Assembly: GCA_965237415.1 (NCBI GenBank)
Contig: CBDEFM010000001.1
Coordinates: 416,001-480,000, forward strand
Length of the DNA stretch: 64,000 nucleotides
Reading direction: 5' to 3'
Source: Alphaproteobacteria bacterium
GTDB taxonomy: Bacteria > Pseudomonadota > Alphaproteobacteria > UBA828
The notes beneath the pieces are model-generated. The model did no database searches, had not been told where the DNA came from, and saw only the letters and a program-made list of their open reading frames with translations. The translations under genes were made by a program, and so were the position numbers. Each line of letters begins with the position of its first letter. Position 1 is the first letter of the stretch. Positions 61,237 to 64,000 of this stretch are shown here, in pieces.

Positions 61237-62373
61237 GTGCAGCCCCAGACCGAACAACGCCTCGCCGCCGAGGCGCTCGACCGCATCGGCCGCCAGACCT
61301 TGCCGGAGGCCGACGCCGCGATGGCGGTGGACGGCACCCGCTATACCTGCAAGACGGCCCTCGCCAACGAGATCGCGGCGCTCTTCCGGCGTCACCCGCT
61401 GCCCCTCGCCTTCGGCTGTGAGATCGCGGAGCCCGGCGACTATCTCACGCTCGATATCGCAGGCGTGCCGGTGCTGCTGATCCGCGCCGACGACGGCACG
61501 GTGCAGGGCCTGCTCAACACCTGCCGGCACCGCGGCGCCCGCCTGCTGGATGGCGCCGGCCACGTCGGCAAGGCGTTTGTCTGCCCCTACCACAATTGGG
61601 CCTATGACCGCTGCGGCGTGCTCCGGGCCCAGCCATCGGCCGAGCACTTCCCCGACATCGCGGTCGGCGAGGCCGGCCTGGTGCGCTTCCCGACCGAGGA
61701 GCGCGACGGTCTCGTCTGGCTGATGCTCGACCCCGCCGGCACGCTCGACCTCGACGAAGCCCTCGGCGGTCTCGGCCCGGAGCTTGCGGCCTTCGGGCTC
61801 GCGGACTACCGCCACCGCGGCAGCCACGTTTGGACCAAGCAGATGAACTGGAAGTTGGGGGTCGATACCTTCCTTGAGTACTACCACGTGCCGATCCTGC
61901 ACCGCGCCTCCATCGGCAAGACGCTGTTCGGCACGGTCTTCCTCTACGAGGCCTGCGGCCGCCATGCCCGGCTGGTCGCGCCCCGCCGCAGCATCGTAGA
62001 CCAGCAGGGCGGCGACCCGGCGACGTGGCGCGTTCTTCCGCACGCGACGATCGTCTACCGGCTCTTCCCCAACGCGGTGTTCATCAGCCAGGGCCCGCAC
62101 GTCGAGCTCGTGCGCTTCTTCCCCGAGCCCGCGCGGCCGGACACAACCGCGTGCCGCTTCAGCTTCGCCTCGCCTTCCGACGATACGAGCGGGCGCGACT
62201 GGGAGGAGATGATGCGGCTCGCGCTCGGCGTGCTGGACAGCGAGGATTTCGCCGTGATGGAGGGCGTGCAGGCCAATCTCGCCGCCGGCGTGCAGCGCGA
62301 GATCGTGTTCGGCCGGAACGAGATCGGCCTCCAGAATTTTCACCAGATGCGCGATGCCGCGCTGAGCAGCTGA
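61237..62373 (+). CDS. Rieske non-heme iron oxygenase alpha subunit
   Basis: CRHRG...CPYHNW Rieske motif; NWK, EYYHVPILH, EDF. Confidence 0.92.
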   Translation: MQPQTEQRLAAEALDRIGRQTLPEADAAMAVDGTRYTCKTALANEIAALFRRHPLPLAFGCEIAEPGDYLTLDIAGVPVLLIRADDGTVQGLLNTCRHRGARLLDGAGHVGKAFVCPYHNWAYDRCGVLRAQPSAEHFPDIAVGEAGLVRFPTEERDGLVWLMLDPAGTLDLDEALGGLGPELAAFGLADYRHRGSHVWTKQMNWKLGVDTFLEYYHVPILHRASIGKTLFGTVFLYEACGRHARLVAPRRSIVDQQGGDPATWRVLPHATIVYRLFPNAVFISQGPHVELVRFFPEPARPDTTACRFSFASPSDDTSGRDWEEMMRLALGVLDSEDFAVMEGVQANLAAGVQREIVFGRNEIGLQNFHQMRDAALSS

Positions 62374-62395
62374 GCGCGGCGCCGGGAGCACAACC

Positions 62396-63304
62396 ATGTC
62401 CAAGACCTATCTCTTCACCGTCGGCCCTTCGACCCCGCCGGCAATGACCATCGACTCCGGCGCCGAGATCGAGGTCACGGTCGACGGCGCCTTCGACGAT
62501 ATCGAGGACATCGCCCAGGTGCCGACGCCGTTCACGCCGGCGTCGGAAGGACATCCGCTCGCGCCCGTGACCGGGCCGATCGCCGTGCGCGGTGCGCGGC
62601 CGGGCGATTCCGTGGCGATCGACCTGCTCTCCATCGAGCCCTTCGGCGAGGGTGCCAACGCGATCTTGCGTGATTTCGGTGTGCTCAAGGAGGAGTTCAC
62701 GGAGCCCGCGATCGTCTCCTGCCCGATCCGCGAGGGGCAGGCCTGGTTCGGCGACCGGGTGGCGATCCCGCTCGCGCCCAATCTCGGCACGCTGTCGACG
62801 ATGCCGCCGGAAGGCTACCGCCCTTCCCATGCCGGACCCTACGGCGGCGACTTCGACCAGCGCGACGTGGGCGTCGGCGCGCGTGTCCACCTTCCGGTGA
62901 TGGTGGACGACGCGCTGATCTTCTTGGCCGACCCCCATGCCGCGATCAGCGACGGCATCATCAGCGGCACCGGCGTCGAGTGCTCGGCGCGGGTGCGGGC
63001 GCGGATCGCGCTGAACAAGGAAAGCCCGGTCGAGCGCCCGATCTTCGAGCACAATGGCACGGTGCAGATCGTGGGCTATGGCCCTTCGGTGGAGGCGGCG
63101 ACGGAAGACGCGTCTGCCGCCGCCGTCGGCCTTGTCTCGCGCTGGACCGGGCTCACGCGGCGCGAGGCCTACATGCTGCTCGGCATCGTGGGCGAGTTGC
63201 GCATCGGCACCTCGCCCCGGCCCACCATGGCTGCCCGGCTGATCGTGGACAAGACGGTGCTCGTCTCGGCGGGCTGGGACGGCGCCGTGGTGCCTGAGGT
63301 CTGA
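62396..63304 (+). CDS. Acetamidase/formamidase family protein
   Basis: TGPIAVRGARPGD, GGDFD, DPHAAISDG..GTGVE, EAYML. Confidence 0.85.
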   Translation: MSKTYLFTVGPSTPPAMTIDSGAEIEVTVDGAFDDIEDIAQVPTPFTPASEGHPLAPVTGPIAVRGARPGDSVAIDLLSIEPFGEGANAILRDFGVLKEEFTEPAIVSCPIREGQAWFGDRVAIPLAPNLGTLSTMPPEGYRPSHAGPYGGDFDQRDVGVGARVHLPVMVDDALIFLADPHAAISDGIISGTGVECSARVRARIALNKESPVERPIFEHNGTVQIVGYGPSVEAATEDASAAAVGLVSRWTGLTRREAYMLLGIVGELRIGTSPRPTMAARLIVDKTVLVSAGWDGAVVPEV

Positions 63305-63341
63305 CGGCCGCCAACGCCGTATCCCCGGTTATCCCGAGCTC

Positions 63342-63458
63342 CTAGGAGCCTGCGCCGCAGAACGCTTTTGGGCACCTTCAGACACCATAGGTAGTGGTAA
63401 AGAATGATCTGATACCACTACATATAGTAGTCAATTTTCCTACGGCGCAGGCTCCTAG
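63342..63458. mobile_element. 109-bp MITE with 12-bp perfect TIRs and CTAG target duplication
   Basis: CTAG-GAGCCTGCGCCG (63346-63357)...CGGCGCAGGCTC (63443-63454)-CTAG; AT-rich interior. Confidence 0.8.
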
Positions 63459-64000
63459 GCAAAGAAGTAGGGCGTCAGTCCTTGCTGGTTCTCGTCCACG
63501 ATCAGGCGGCGGCCCGACGGCGGGAAGGCGCGCGCGCTGCAATCGGTGCGGTCGCACAGGCGGCAGTTGATACCGCTGGGGGATACGCCCGCGGGCCGCT
63601 CCGGGTCGAGCCCGGATCCGTAGACGAGACGGTTCGCGTGGGAGAGCGGGCAGCCGATGGCAACCACGAGCTGTTGGCCCGGCAACGCGTGGCCGGCACC
63701 CGGCCGCGCGACCATGCGGGCAATCGTGAAGAAGCGCGCGCCATCGGGCATCTCGACGATGTCCAGGCGAGTCTCGCCGGGCGTCTGGAAGGCGCGGTGC
63801 ACGCCCCATCGCGGGCAGAGCCCGCCGAAGCGCGCGAAGCGGAAGCCGCCGGCGTCGAAACGGTGCAGCACGTTGCCCGCGCAGTCGAGATGGACGAGGA
63901 AGAACGGCACGCCCTTGGCGCCGGGCCGCTGCAGAGCGATGAGCCGCTGGCATACGTGCTCGAACGACGCACCGAAGCGACGGCCGAGGAGATCGATGTC
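63455..64000 (-). CDS. XRE/RamB-ScfR short-chain acyl-CoA regulator family (3' portion only)
   Basis: RFGASFEHVCQRL..LQRPG.KGVPFF, RFGGLCPRW, CRLCDRTDCSARAFP. Confidence 0.88.
   Translation of the reverse strand, partial: DIDLLGRRFGASFEHVCQRLIALQRPGAKGVPFFLVHLDCAGNVLHRFDAGGFRFARFGGLCPRWGVHRAFQTPGETRLDIVEMPDGARFFTIARMVARPGAGHALPGQQLVVAIGCPLSHANRLVYGSGLDPERPAGVSPSGINCRLCDRTDCSARAFPPSGRRLIVDENQQGLTPYFFA

Overview
High-GC (visually about two-thirds G+C) chromosomal window, most likely from an alphaproteobacterium of Rhodospirillales type (murA-DUF2948-hisG-hisD-UPF0262-LMW phosphatase-maf-rng-tRNA-Phe block, soxBDAG, parE). The Calx-beta autotransporter, GPP34 protein and TbpB-barrel lipoprotein hint at a marine or host-associated (e.g. 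sponge) lifestyle; that is inference. Main content: (1) a ~12 kb catabolic cluster at 3.9-15.7 kb with an enamidase-like hydrolase with altered metal ligands, an HpaB-like and two luciferase-like monooxygenases, an isochorismatase, amidase, CobW, cyclase and an amidohydrolase_2/DUF59 pair, probably an undescribed N-heterocycle/amide degradation route; (2) metY, sarcosine oxidase and the his/mur core block; (3) a Calx-beta autotransporter split by a 68-bp insertion with a 9-bp duplication; (4) a Zn/Co/Ni cluster (DUF1007 plus HoxN/RcnA-like, CDF, znuABC); (5) a metzincin/TbpB-barrel lipoprotein behind a phased ATCCC repeat array; (6) three further damaged genes (HEPN-like, IlvD/Edd, pyrimidine-dimer glycosylase); (7) a 109-bp CTAG-flanked MITE carrying two NrdR-box-like motifs. 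No CRISPR array, rRNA, integrase or transposase was seen. All family calls come from motif recognition by eye, not from database searches.
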